From contig JBHGNT010000012.1 in assembly GCA_043228905.1 (NCBI GenBank), positions 1,860,001 through 1,924,000 on the forward strand: DNA of 64,000 nucleotides. The letters run 5' to 3'. Of this stretch, positions 28,101 through 42,592 are shown in pieces (position 1 is the stretch's first letter; the number at the start of each line of letters is the position of its first letter). Under the pieces are notes generated by a model. That model was not told the origin of the DNA. It saw only the letters and a list, made by a program, of their open reading frames with translations, and did no database searches. The DNA comes from Azolla caroliniana. Its lineage: Eukaryota; Plantae; Polypodiophyta. Made by a program: the position numbers and the translations under genes.

Positions 28101-29562
28101 TTGAGATATTATCAAATATCCTTTATGTACCCATGATAAATATCCTTGGATTGCAATTGACAAAAATGTTAAAATGCCTAGCCTAGTGTAACATTTAAAT
28201 GATACATGAAGCTCCACATAGATGACCATGACAACTTTAAGAATTGGCCAAAGTTAATGCATACGCGTTCCTTTTAAAAGGGGTGATCTAATATTGTCAA
28301 CGACAACATTAAAATTGTTTGAAATGAATGGAGTTCAGTTGTTTTCTTTGGCCTTAATGTTTCTTCCTAGTTTCGTTGGTTGTTAAAAATATTGAAATTT
28401 GAATTCGTATTCGTATCAAAGGCCACATGACATAGGTCGGTTGGTTAAACAAAGGAAACAAATCTTGATATCTTCATTCCTCTAATTAATTAAAGGCATA
28501 ATTATCTTGTGCTAATGATATGGAATTGTCTTCAATAACATCCATTATAAATAATAGATGGCCCATTGACCTTAGAGCGACGATTACACTATTAATCAAA
28601 TATGGTTCTAGGTCCTTGTAGAGACGATCACACTATACTCATGATGGGCCTAGGCATTACTAAAGCGCGCCCATCCTAATTGTATATTTAAACCTTTACA
28701 ATTAAGAGCAAGTCATACATCCGGTCTACGTTTATCGAATAATAATAATAATAATAATAATAACCTTTGTATGATGAGAACTATTAACCAAACTACAACC
28801 TAAAATAGAGCAAAACGTTTTCGAGTTTCGTTTAGGATATTAACACTCAACTACACAGCCAAGAGAGCATCTATCCAAATCTAGCAACCGCCTCCCTTTA
28901 GAGGCGTGCTCATGTGTGAGGAAACTCAAGGGACGGTGTAAAATTGAACTAAGTTTTTTATGGTAACCAAAGATTGCCTAGTGAGCCAATACCCAAGGTC
29001 TAATGGTTTGCTTGGCCCCTACTCACCCTAGAAGTTGTCTCATGTGTGTATTCTTTTAATTTCACTTGGGGGTCTCGACACTATGACACCCGATCCCGAG
29101 GAGACCTCCTCTCCTTAGAAGTTGGTTGGCTCATGAGTGTGTATGGATGGGAAACTAAAGGGCTAACCAAAATCGAGATCCAAGGGGTTTACTATACCAA
29201 GGCTTCACCTGACCAATACAAGTCGCCATGAACCATTGCCTAGGGTCATGGTCAGCTGGTACAAATGCGGGCTCTCATGATGAGTGTTAGTTTAATAATT
29301 AGCATAATGATTATATATGTAATAAGAGTAGGAGTGCATGCATGCATGGATGTTTTTATGGTTCCCATTGATGACTGATCTTTACCTTGAAGTGCAGATT
29401 GTGTGTCATGGTTCCATCTGGGTTCTCACTAGAATTAGCAGCAGTTTGCAAGGCCAGCAAGGAAGCATTCACATAAAGCAGAAGCAATAGTATTGAACTG
29501 TAGGAGGAGGAAAAGCCATGAATCTTCTTGTTGTAAAGAAGATGGGTACAAGAGAATGTCAT
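25189..29562 (-). CDS. LAC: Laccase (multicopper oxidase), 6 exons
   Basis: Exons 29562-29386, 27597-27443, 27278-27031, 26781-26653, 26418-25829 and 25728-25189 are in phase. Copper motifs TIHWHG, FWHAH, HPFHLHG and WLMHCHFEMHTSWGM, plus an N-terminal hydrophobic signal. Confidence 0.95.
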
Positions 29563-29564
29563 GA

Positions 29565-29598
<34 letters not shown>

Positions 29599-30139
29599 GG
29601 TTAGGGTTAGAGTTAGAGTTAGAGTTAGGGTTAGGAGCAATGAGAAGATTAATGGCTGCTTAAACAAAGGAAATGAGATTGAATCCTTAAAGTGAGGTAT
29701 CAATGTAAGGTGTGTGGAAACAAGGCACTTCCTCTTACCTTTATAATGCTAAACAAATATTGTTTCACATGTTTGTTTGCTAAATAATATTATCATAAGT
29801 TTGTTGGTTATGTTTTGGAAATGGTCAATGAATGGAAATATGATCAAATGCGGGGAAAAGACAAAAAGAATATCCCGCACCAAATATTTATAACACGTAT
29901 TTATTCGCAGTGTTACTCACATGCATATCATACCGTTGGTAATTCTGGTATTTCTTGACCACTAGCAATGGAAATATAAACTTCGGTATCTCCGGTTGTG
30001 TTTGACCAATAGAGATAGAACAACAAATGAAAAACATTGGACACCCACAATAAAAGTTTGTAAAACATGAACGTTTTGGTGGGCACCAATGTATAATTGC
30101 CTATCTTTCTAGCATTGTTTACTAGTTATGGCAAAAACA

Positions 30140-33100
30140 ACCCCTTGGGGATGGAATATAGTAGATATGGTGTCGTTTTATCCCTCTCATATTTCGTGTG
30201 TAAGTATATAAGTGTTTTGTTGAAAAGGTTTTCATTTCTTTGAAAGCTTCCGGATCTTAGTTACGTGTGTGTTGGATTCCCATGAACTTTTCAATACATG
30301 ATTGGTTTTTAGTCAATACTAAGGCCTTTCCTCAACTTTTAGGTCATATAGATCTCTTTAATGAGTTAAGTGAAGAGAACTATTGGAGAAGAAAAGTGGG
30401 GCCCAACACAGTTTTCCTCCAGGCAGCAAGGTATTATGCATATATTATGTGTGTGTGTGTATATATATACATACATACATCATCTAATATGCGATCATGG
30501 GATTCTTCCATTTAATTTTTTTCAAACTTAATGATGCCACATAGAAGTGCATTCAAAGCAGATATGTAATGTCAAATGTCTAAGTAGATAAACAAAACGT
30601 TACATGAAATTTGGTTGAAGTTTTATCAAAAGAAATTCATCATGTAATTGTAGAATATAAGTTAGTAGCGATTTCCATCTCGACTTGAATTGCACTCGAC
30701 TAGTCCCTCTTTTTTCAAAGTTGATTATTTCTCACGTTTTCTAATGTCCCAAACATAAAAAACATTTCTTTTTCTTTGTTACGTGGATACTTTCTCAATG
30801 TCTTCGTTCATTGAAAATTTTAAGTCTCCTCTCTAAAGAAGACAATTTCTATGGAGGATGGAGAGACACCAATATCTCAATATAATAGGTTTGAGTTATA
30901 TATTGCCTTCCACTTTTTCGAACTCTCATGTGACTTACCCATTGCGTTTTCAACAAGGCAACATTTTGAAGTTTCTACTAGAATGGCAAGCCCTTCTACA
31001 CATGTATAACATTGATTGACACATGGAAAGAAAACAAAAGAGCCCAAACCAAGTATTTGCAACATTAGTCCCAACCCCATGTATAACAAATTATATTTAT
31101 TTGCAATGTTCCCCACATGTGTATTATATATTCCTCCTCTTTCGTGACCACTAGTAAAGGGAATACAAAGAAAACTATGTTTGTGAACATAAACATTCTG
31201 ATGGACTTGAACCATGAAAGATGGCTTTAATGACATTGTTGATGAAGAGTTGGTCAGCTTGAGTATACAAGATGTCAGGTATTTGTGTTCTTGGTGTATA
31301 TTAAATGGTAAATTAGGGTTTTGGAATGCAAGATTCCCCTCCCCTATATGATTGTTGAGTGTCAAAGGTTGTGAAAGGGAAATCTGGGATAGGGGAAAGT
31401 GTGTGTTTGGTTATGATTCTTTCTTTCTACTTTTTATTGTGAAATTTGGGCTTGGCCCCGGGCCTAAAGTCAAGTAGAGGGTAGATGATAAGATCTGACA
31501 ATTACAAACAATGATTGACAACAATTCCCAAAAGCCACGACAATTGATTCACGAGCTAACAAATATAGCATCTCTCAATGTGGTGTAGACGCTTAGATGC
31601 TCCCATGAAGGAATTGCTTTGTGGGGATCTATGTAATCTAACTCATCATTATAAGCTCTACTTGATAGTATTCAACAAGTTATGTTGTGGTGTGCCACAT
31701 GAGTTCTATAGTGGGTGTTTCGCACAAAGGAAGCCTTTAGGTGAACCTTTGCATGGAAAAGGCCACACAATGGTTTAATTTGGGCTAAAAATGATTGGGT
31801 GCTTCCATGAGTCACCCAACAACAAGGCACTGGATTTTGCAAAATTGGGAAAATAGAGTTCAATTCTCAATGCGTGGAAAAACTTTAGAGTATAACTGAA
31901 TTCTTATTTTCACGTGAGCATGATCACATTCCGGGGTCACCCAACAAGAAGAAATTGGAGTTTGTAGAAGTGGGAGATATGGGTCCAAATCCAACCACTC
32001 ATCAAAAATTTCGAGTATACTCAATATTTCATATTTTCTCTAAAGCATGATTGTGGAACATGGGAGATTAGGAAATAAGATATTTTCTTCCTTTCAACTT
32101 GTGACAAGTTTTTAATGAAAGAAGGGAGCAACAGATGGACAAGCAATTCCTTTGGGCTTACTCAAAAATAACAACTCTGCAAGTTACACAAGCATGTGCT
32201 TCTCAATCCCTACCAAACATTTTTTCCATGTTAAACCGTTGTAGACAACAACGGACCCGTTGGGCCGACATGGTAGTACATCTCCATAGGTTTCGTAAGA
32301 AAACAAGCATTTCACTTGTGGAGAGATGTGCCATGACATTTTCCATGTCAAAGATATGAAATCAACTCATCGATGCCAAGGAAATTGTCATTTCCCTTTT
32401 CACGCAACACCTATTTTCTAAAACAAGTCCACATATGATATTAAGCAAGACAAAATAAATGTAAGGAGATTCAAGAAGAATATGGTCATTGGTTATTGAT
32501 CCCCAAAAGATACAATATATTTGGCAACATGGATCAATTTATTTCAATTCCATAATTTATAAAACACTTTTTCAAATTCCCAAAACACACACACAACAAC
32601 GAGAAGTCTTGCTCATTTGGTAGCATCTCAAAACTCTTCTTGGATATTAAACAACATTAAACCTTGACCCACATGTTTTAATACTCAACTCTTATCATTT
32701 GTGTAAAAATATCAACTCTTACCATTTGAGCTATGTTTTAATGTTCTTTTACTCTTCACCTTTCCACATTTCCTAGTGATCACTTCGACTCAAATCTCAA
32801 TGTAGTGTAAAACTTAAATTTAGGTTGATTTCTCTCTTTATGCACGCTACATCATGACAACAATTTCAATTGAACCAGTTGTAGGGTAGGAATGCTCATC
32901 AAAATATTCGCTATTTAGAGACGTTTGTATTAATTATTCTTAAAAAAATTGTTCCCCCCTTGGGGGTGGAATATACATAGAAGTCATGTGTCATGTATAA
33001 GTAACTTTTAGTCAAAAAGGGTTCCACTTCTTTGAAAGCTTCCAAATCTTATGAACACATCTTGTTGGATAATGAACTTTTTGATACATAAATGGCTTTT

Positions 33101-33745
33101 GTCAATAATGAAGCCTTACCGTTGAGAGTTCGTGCGAGATCATTTTCAAATTCATGTATTCTAGATTTTTATATGAGTTTCTGTTTTCACTCGGTTGTTG
33201 ACCCCACAATGAATGACAAATAAAATATTGATGTGCCAAGAAATCTTAGATGAAAAGGGGGGGCTAGCATCGTGTGTTTGTGTGTGTCATCAAACATGTG
33301 ATAATGAATTTTGCCATTCATAGCATTTTGAACTTAGAATCTTATGCCACATGTAAGGCCTTTAAAATAAATGCCAATGTCAAATGCATAATAAGGTAAA
33401 GATAAAACTATATAGAAATTGTTGATGCAATTACATGACCATAAGTTAATAGCCATTTCCATCGAGATTTAAACTAAACCTTGTTAGTCCCCTCTTTTAA
33501 GTTGATTTTTTCTTAATCCTTCTATTGTAGGGTTTAGAGCTTCTGGTCTTATTTGGGACATGGATAGTTTCATCTTCTTATATCAACTTTTTTGGAGGGT
33601 CAACAACGGCCCAAGATATTATGCGCTTGATGTCGTATTGTATTCTGATTTTTTGAACGTTTATGTGACTTGTCTATCAAGTTTTCAACAAGGCATTTTG
33701 AAACTTCTACAGGGATGGCCCACCCTTCTACATATGTAAACAATT
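30140..33745. repeat. Old direct duplication of about 0.8-0.9 kb (about 30140-31015 and 32955-33745)
   Basis: Collinear shared blocks: CCCCTTGGGG.TGGAATATA, TTCTTTGAAAGCTTCC, ATGCCACAT...AATGTCAAATG, TTTTCAACAAGGCA...CCCTTCTACA.ATGTA. Confidence 0.65.
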
Positions 33746-36105
33746 AGTACAAAATATTCGAGGGGAAGGGACATTTTGCAAAGGCCACGACAGCTTTCTG
33801 ATCGAACATTTATGTGATTTGTCTATCAAGTTTTCACAAGGCATTTTGAAGGTTCTATAGAGATAAGGGACAAAATATTCGAGGATAAGGGACATATTGG
33901 AAATGCCAAACCCCAGCCTCATGTGGAAAATTCTAACAAATGTTGACCATTCATCATGCGTTCTCAAAGGGGAAAAGATTTGGAGGTCGTGAAATTTTGT
34001 CTTGCATAGATGATAGTGTAGTTTTGAGGCTTCTCAAGCTTTCCCAAATAACTATGAAATATGTGATAGGCTTACTCGAGTTGAACAACGATAACCTAGT
34101 TTCTAGATTACATTCCACATATGATTTTATATACCTAAGAATACCAAGTAAATGGACTATTTGTATTTGAAAATTGTTTATGCTTAATAATTCATAAAAC
34201 ATTTATGAGCTTGAACATTGACATCATTTTTTAAGTCCATCACAATGACTCCTAATATCAATCCAAATGTTAACATTGTATTGTGCCCCATCAAAGGAAT
34301 TGTTTAATTGTGTTGGGGATTGGTGTCTCCCTAGTCTAAAACCAAGTGACCATGAGTAAACAAGGAATGAAACATGTAGATTGCATATATTTATGTTGGA
34401 ACTATTGAGATATAGCATATTGTAATTTATAATCAATAATGATATACCGAATCACAACATTGTTATGTGTTCCAAATCATAGAATAGGTTGACCATCATT
34501 ATTCTTGTATAAAAACAATTGAAGCTAATACAAAAGTTTAGGAACGATCCACTAAAAGAAGGAAAGGGTGTTTACACTATTGTCAATAAATATTATAAAA
34601 AGTTACTAACATAACAATTGCTAACAATGACACAACCAATTAAGGGCCTATATAAACGCATCATAATACTTGCATCCACATTATATTGGTTATGTTGACC
34701 TACACATTGCAACAAACAAGCACAAGTAATTGACACCATATACAACCAATGTTAGACTCCTACACTCCAATTGAAACCATTAGGTGTTGTCATCTCCAAA
34801 TCATGGTCATCTGCTCATGGTGCAGAAAACCTCAATACCATGAATGATAGTGTATTTATTGGGTTGTATGAGTAAAACGGCTTGACATGATGCAGAAGTT
34901 AAATGTAGTATACATGGCGTGTCAAAGACATGTGAATGGTAAAGGAAGATAATATTGTGTAATCACCTTATTTACAAGTCATGGTTTTATTGGTTGCATT
35001 ATAAGAAAAAACAATCAGGCAAATTCATAGCAGATTCATGACATTATGCCTAAATAAATTGACAACAGATGCAAAACTAAAACAAGAAACTTTGAGTAAC
35101 ATCAAATACCATATCAATTCTACAAATCGATATTAATTTTAATGGGAAATAATACAAGTATCACTAGGTACAAGTTTATCTGACTCTGACTTAGCAATTC
35201 TTAGAGTAACATCCAAGAATGATTCAATATCACATTTTCACAAGCAAATCAAGAAATCTCAATTTCAACCCTAGATATTTCACATGTTTGTGGTTTATAA
35301 TGTGTGCAATCACATTAGGTTATTCTAGTGTAGCATGAATCTACTAGGACTAAGTCAGATTATCAAACACCATTAGTATTGCTGCACTTATTCCCTGGAC
35401 GCAACAAATGAAGACAACTTTTGTGCCATAACCACAAGTTCAGTTTATCAAGCAACTAAAGCAAGGCAAATCTAAAAAGTGAATGAAGAAGGAAAAGAAA
35501 CAAATTGGAAGCCAGCATATCAATTAGCTGCTCATTCACCATACAACATGGAAACTTAAATAAATGCAGAGACTGACCGACCTAGGTATAAAGCATCAAT
35601 GAAAGGAAACAAACTGGATAGATATGAGATACCATAGTCATAAACGGGTTAGCTAGGTACTGTTTGCAGAAAGATCTACAGTGGCCAGATTCCTTTTACA
35701 AAGAATCAAACAACATTTTCTCAGAAAGGGCAATAAACACAAATCAAAATTGTATACATATTCATTGCAACAAATTTTTCACACCACCTCCACAAGGTAG
35801 CACAAGCTAAAGTTTTCGCATAATAATTAACTTCAAATGTGAGATACCAAGACAGATAATGATGACTATGTTAGAAGATGGCCACCTGATTCCAATCATC
35901 AAGAAGCATACACAGTTTCCAAATTGCAACAATGTGATACTTTTATAATCCGGGGAGCATTAAAATAGAGATTTACGAGGAGTGCATCACAGTGGTTAAG
36001 ATTTCTTTGCAAAGAAGAAAACAAATAACCTTTAAATTTCTGGTAATCCTACAAAACCACCTTTCTTGAAAACTGTCCTCATAAAGTCATATACAGATAT
36101 TATGC

Positions 36106-39100
36106 TTAATCCATTCTACCTTTCAAGGTTCGAGTAATAACTTGATCAGTGGATCTGCAGTAACAAAGTGTCATCAAAAACCATAACTTCCAAAAATAAA
36201 AACGCTGAGAGAAATGAATAACTTACACAACATGGACAATTCCTCCCCATCCACTTAAGCAATCTCTGTCAACTGATGAAAGCAAGGCTTGTGAAATAAC
36301 TTCAAAGAGTTCCTCTGGTTCCTGTACGATCCCCATTCAATAAAAAGAATAGAAATTTACACACTTGTAAATTTGGCCTTCACAGTGTGACACCAAAACT
36401 AAACAACGGCTAATTTATTCTCAAATCGATTTTCTTTCAAATTTTTAACAGCCTTTTCATTGTTTTCTCATTCTCACTAGCAATTAGAAACAGTTTGGCT
36501 TGAGCCAAAACCAAATTACAAAACTGCAGCTTAAAAGTTTCAATGATTCAATCGGGTTCAGTTCGACTTAACTTCCAAACTTAGGAGTAACAGTTTTGAT
36601 TTGGGTTTTGCTTGGATTGGGGTTTTAACAATTCAGTTTGAAATTGTATTAGTTTAATAGTTTACAGTTTAACAAAACTTTAAAAAAACACACCATGTTT
36701 TAAACGCCTTATGCCGCAAGCAAGTGTTCACTTAATGACTTAAAAAGCTTATAGACTCATCATTATAACATAATTTTTTTAAACAGTTTCAGTTTCAGTT
36801 TTAATGTTCATCTATTGAGTTTTAACGTCTGGAGATTTTTATACCTGAACTTAGTTTTTGGAAAACAAATTCAACATATTTAAGTTCTAAAATTTCACGA
36901 CTATTTCCCATCCACTTGGCCTTCCAAATGTACTAAAAGATAATTTTCAGGGATTATATAAACTAAATAGAAGAATAACACAAATGTCCATCTAGATGGC
37001 CCACACAAACTTTCCTATCCAGCTGGAGATCTCAACATTGGCTCTATTTGTGTCTCTTTTCAACAACTGGCAATCCATGTTAAGCAATATTAGAAAGAGT
37101 CCCAATTCTTTGAAGGCTTGACTTTGAGTTCTGACAGTATGCGGGAGCAGGGGGGGGGGGGGGGGGATTGCTACATATGGAAATGCATAAAGAAGGATTT
37201 CTTGAAGTTTACATAGCTTGTACTTCATAAAGTCTTGGGCCTTCATATTCACAAACTAGAGTCTGCATTCACAACATAAATAGGATGAAAGAAGATACTC
37301 AAGGAAAAGCGAGGCACAATATTTATATTAAAGAGGGGTTTTTTTATATAACAAATTAAACAGCCAACACATACAATTAACACCGCTAAATTTTGAAAAA
37401 AAAAAACTAAGAAAAAATCGATATCTAATAGTTAGGATTCGAATTTCAAGAATATAATATTACTGTGTGCCAGATAAAAAATATGGATGTGTTTGTTCTA
37501 GTTTATTTCTGGTAAAGAAGTTAGGTAAATCAATATGATGGATTTCTTGTAATTAATATAAAATTTGGATATATTTAAGTTCTACTTGATTTCTGGGCTA
37601 GTTAAAACAGTAAAAATAAATTAAGCAAAATATTATGATGGATCTCTTGTAATTTGAAAAAAAATCCAAATACATTGAACTCCTGATTTCAACCACCTAG
37701 AATAGTTAGATGATAAGTACCATATCAGGTTTGTACATTGACTCACAAGCACCATATAAGGATTCACCAGCAGTGCCACCAACGACAAAGTCCTTTGCGA
37801 GTTCCCTGAATTGAACATTACATAATAGTTGGACACAAGACACCAAGCATTAAACAGATGCCACTGAAAACTATGATTCAATGAACAAAATGAAAATTTT
37901 GTTCTTTGATTGAATGCTCATAACATCATAATGAAAAGCATGTGCACTCACTTGGCACCAAGAGAGTCCATTGTACAAATGAATGGTTTCCCACTTTCAT
38001 CCAGCCCAGCAATAACAGGTTGGCAGAGGTATGGACCAAACCTGCAATTCAATCATAAGATATGCTCTGTTTTTCTAGGTTAATGAAAAAATACTGACAA
38101 TTTGATGGGTCAAATCTCAGCTTTAATTCTATTTTCGGTCTAAAGGGCATTTGAGATTTCAAACATTGCCGATAACTCTTCCAAAGGAGTGAATTTTGAT
38201 GCAATACCAAATGTTGTAAAATGTATATCTAAGTTATTTAAGCATGTAATCCCGAACTGAGAGTTTTGGGTTGGATTGCAAATGAAGTTGATCTTGTTTA
38301 AAAGATAACACCAATTGGGCTCCACAAAATACCCAAGGTGTCAACTAAACTTGACTAGTACTATATTCAGATTAAGCTTCTATTGACCCAAGTTATTTAG
38401 AAACCTTACACTGGGCTTCAAATTTAATGCTTGACACAAAACGTCACCTGTGAAATTTGTCTTTTCTATGTTATACTGACTGTTAAATGGCTTCGTATTT
38501 AAATACCAATCCAATATATTACAAAGGGCTCCAAGTTTAAGGATCAATAAAGTATATTACCTTTTCTCATAGAGAATGGAGGACACCAAGTTAGCAAAGG
38601 TTTCAGGTCTCATGTTTCTTTCTTCTCGAAGTAGATATAGCTTGTGTCGGAACTGCAAGCGATGGTGCCTGCTCACGTCGATGAAATTCAAAGAAAATGA
38701 CACCACATAAAAATCAAGAACCAGGAAAAACATTTACAGACATGAAAAACACATTCAAAACACTCAAAAAACATGCCTTCAACATACTCAAAAGTAAATA
38801 TTAATAAAGGGGGAGAATAACAATCGGCAACAGTTTAAGAGGGTTCAGTTCGAGAGGGTCAAAACCAAACCGGTTTGAAACCGAACTGTTTAAAATTTTT
38901 GAAACCTGAACCGAACCGAACCGAACCGAACCACAAAATCCTTAAACCGAACTATTAAAATAATTCCAAAGTATTAACCATTAAACAGGTAAAACCGCGG
39001 TTTCATGGTTCGGTTTCGGCTTTCAGCTTAGGTCAAAATCAAATTTTAAATTTTAAATTTTCAAAATTTTCCAAAATGTGAGAATAAGGCATGATTATTA

Positions 39101-40782
39101 AAAGATTGTTCAAAAAAAAAATTAAAATTTTTCAAACAAATTTCAAAAATTTTAAATTAATTTAATTTAATTTAATTTTAAAAAACCATTAAACCGTTTA
39201 AACCGCGGTTTCTAACTGTTGAAAACGAACCGAACCGTTTAAAAAACCCGAACTGTTGAAACCGTTAGCCGAACCGTTGCCAATTGTTAGCCCAGGAGAA
39301 CATGAAAAGCACATCGCCTCTAGTTTGTAAATGTAAGTATGAACTAGACTTTATAAACTTATAAGAGACATGCAGCAATATAAACCGCGGTTTCTAACTG
39401 TTCAAACTGAACTGAAACGTTTAAAAAGACCCGAACCGTTGAAACAGTTAGCCGCGGTTTCGCGGTTCGGTTGGTTCAAACTGGACTGTTGCCGATTGTT
39501 AGGGGAGAACATGAAAAGCACATTGCCTCTTGTTTGTAAATGTAAGTATGAACTAGCCTTTATAAGCTTATAAGAGACATGCAGCAATATAAACCACGGT
39601 TTCTAACTGTTGAAACCGAACCGAACCGAACCGTTGAAACCGTTACCCACGGTTTCACGGTTTGGTTCGGTTCAAACCGAACCATTGCCGATTGTTAGCC
39701 CGGGAGAACATGAAAAGCACATTGCCTCTTGTTTGTAAATGTAAGTATGAACTAGCCTTTATAAACTTATAAGAGACATGCAGCATTATAAACCACGGTT
39801 TCTAACTGTTCAAACCAAACCAAAACGTTTAAAAAGACCCGAATTGTTGAACCAGTTAGCCGCGGTTTCGCGGTTCGGTTCGGTTCAAACTGAACTATTG
39901 CCGATTGTTAGGGGAGAACATGAAAAGCACATTGCCTCTTGTTTGTAAATGTAAGTATGAACTAGCCTTTATAAACTTATACGAGACATGCAGCAATATA
40001 AACCGCGGTTTCTAACTGTTGAAACCGAACCGAAACATTTAAAAAGACCCGAACCGTTGAAACCGTTAGCCGCAATTTTGCGGTTTGGTTCGGTTCAAGC
40101 CGACCGTTGCCGATTGTTAGCCCGGGAGAACATGAAAAGCACATTGCCTCTTGTTTGTAAATGTAAGTATGAACTAGCCTTTATAAACTTATAAGAGACA
40201 TGCAGCAATATAAATTGAAGAAAGAAAACTCACTATTTTAAGGGAAGGAACTAAAGCAACAAAAAAATATTTGAACTACAATCTTTTATCCTCACATTTA
40301 GCCTTCACAAAAAACTTTCCAAACTTGGGCCTCCTAAAACAAGAGAAAATCAGACCAGGCCTCTTAGAGGAGCAGTGTTAAAAAAACCAAGAAAGACATT
40401 TAAAGTGGTCAAACCCTCATAGGTTAAAATCAAGCTGAAAATTTTGTTCACTCAAATAAACATCGAAAAAAGAAACAAGAAAGACTTTCACCTTGCTTCC
40501 ATAACTTAGAGAAAATACCTAAGTAGTAGCATTAATGATAATAATAACATCGTGATGAAAACATATTCCAGTGCATTCCAGTCATGTTGCTCATATCCGC
40601 CTTTAAATATTAATAATAATAACCGAACAATGGAGAATAACTTGGAGTGTCTGTGACATTAAAGAATTTCAAATCAAGCTCAGAAACAAAATACTCAAAA
40701 TCCAATGGAGAGGGAAAAATACTTCAGCCATGAAAGTTCAAATTCAAGATCAGGAAACCTACTTCCAAATACTCAAGAAATA

Positions 40783-40818
<36 letters not shown>

Positions 40819-41670
40819 GCCAATAAAGAAATTACATCAATGAAAGTCTGAATCAAATAGGAAACAAGAAGAAATTATATTGCCACGTCAATTAACATTG
40901 AAGGCAAACTAGGAATGCCTAGCTTTGGAATAATAAAATTACAAATATCATATGAACAATAAAAAACTACTACTTTTAGATTTATTTAGTTTAAATTGAG
41001 CTCAAGAAAGACCAAATGAAGAAAAACCTTTACAGTGTTCGTCACATCCATGAATTGTGAAATTCGATATCAGAGAAAATAACCAAAAAATATACAAAAA
41101 AAGGAACCAAGATGAAATCTACAGTGCTGCTAAACCCCATTGAGTTAAAATTCAATCTCAAGAAAACATACATCCAATTTAGGAATGAAAATAATAAACT
41201 CGTAAAAAAACGGGAGTAGAATATAGCTTTTACAGTTTTGCTTACATCCATGATGCTCGTATATTCAAGTTCAATACAAATAGAACAAAAAACAAAGAAA
41301 TAAATCTTACAGTGCTTGCATCCAATAAAATATATGTCTTGAAAATACACAAATGGAAAAGATTCCGCAAAAAAAAACCAGTAATCATGAAAGTATTCAT
41401 CAAAACGTGTCTTCGAAGTACTCAAAAGAAAAAAAATGCTTACAGCGTTTGAACGTCTGTGATGAGGCCAGACAGACCGATGTAGAGCTTTTCATGGATC
41501 TGGAAGACTCTTTGAAAATCTGTGGCTACAGTCTGCAACTGAACACCTAGGCGACGGTCGCAAGCTATGGCGAAGCAGTTCTTCCCGACCATAGCAACAA
41601 CAGCGCTCCCATTGTACTCGAAAATCTGAAAGAAATCGATGAGATGAGGGAAAGAAACGGACACAAAGAG

Positions 41671-41713
<43 letters not shown>

Positions 41714-41722
41714 TACCGACAT
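36106..41722 (-). CDS. PBC1: 20S proteasome subunit beta type-3
   Basis: Exons 41722-41717, 41625-41444, 38668-38561, 38041-37952, 37805-37721, 36321-36227 and 36154-36106 give [31 protein letters not shown]...[14 protein letters not shown]...[15 protein letters not shown]...RTLKGRMD*. Confidence 0.96.
38818..39289. mobile_element. hAT-type MITE (same family as 7549 and 63573) in PBC intron 2
   Basis: TIRs TAACAATCGGCAAC...GTTGCCAATTGTTA. The left flank GGGGAGAA is reproduced after the right TIR in the downstream repeat copies. Confidence 0.85.
39199..40214. repeat. Five-copy tandem repeat (unit about 180-210 bp) made of the MITE right end plus flanking DNA
   Basis: Unit TAAACCRCGGTTTCTAACTGTT...GCCGATTGTTAG..GGAGAACATGAAAAGCAC...AGAGACATGCAGCAATA. 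Confidence 0.92.
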
Positions 41723-41949
41723 GTCGAAATCACAGAAAGACTAGAAGGAAACACGCTGAGATTGGCGTGATTCACGAATGAAATGCAGGCTGCAAAGGAG
41801 GAAAAGAAGCAGCAGAAGAAGAAGAAGGCCTGCGTGCTGTGTCGAGAAGGAGAAGAGAGAAAGAGAGAAGAAGAGGAGAGGTTCTTCAGAATTACAAATA
41901 TAGCCTATTCTTTTTATTCAGAAGTGTTAAAAACATACAACACAAATAG

Positions 41950-42592
41950 AAAAAACCTTCTCCATTGTCACTCTGGGAGTAAAGTATGGTTGGGCATGGG
42001 CATGGGCATGGGCATGGCAGGGCTGACCATACCAAACCTCTTAGGAAACCTTCTCCATTGTCACTCTGGGAGTAAGGGAGGCATGAGCATGGACATGGGC
42101 ATGGGCATGGCAGGGTTGACCATACCATACCTCTTAGAAAACCTTCTCCATTGTCACTCTGGGAGTAAGGGAGGCATGAGCATGGCAAGGTTGACCATAC
42201 CATACCTCTTAGAAAACCTTCTCCATTGTCACTCTGGGAGTAAGGGAGGCATGGGCATGGCAGGGCTGACCATACCATACCTCTTAGAAAACCTTCTCCA
42301 TTGTCACTTTGGGAGTAAAGGAGGGATGAGCATGGGCATGAGCATGAGCATGGCAAGGTTGACCATACCAAACCTCTTAGAAAACCTTCTCTATTGTCAC
42401 TCTAGGAGCAAGGTAGGGATGGGCATGGGCATGGGCATGGGTATGGGTATGGCAAGGCTGGCCATACAATACCTCTTAGAAAACCTTCTCCCTTGTCACT
42501 CTAGGAGCAAGGTATGATTGGGCATGGGCGTGGGCATGGCAGGGTTGCCCATACCATACCTCTTAGAAAACCTTCTCCATTGTCATCCTGGC
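41950..42592. repeat. Minisatellite of 75-99 bp units with a variable (GGCATG)n tract; continues at 54940-55052 beyond the Gypsy insertion
   Basis: Constant blocks AAACCTTCTCCATTGTCACTCTGGGAG and TGACCATACCA.ACCTCTTAG. About 8 units lie left of the insertion and the rest right of it. Confidence 0.92.

Noticed and set aside
36900-37252. LINE fragment in a PBC intron; also ORF 5052-5567 in the SelT intron
   Set aside because: Only vague resemblance (IWKAK) with no RT motif, poly(A) tail or TSD. ORF 5052 partly overlaps the solo LTR.
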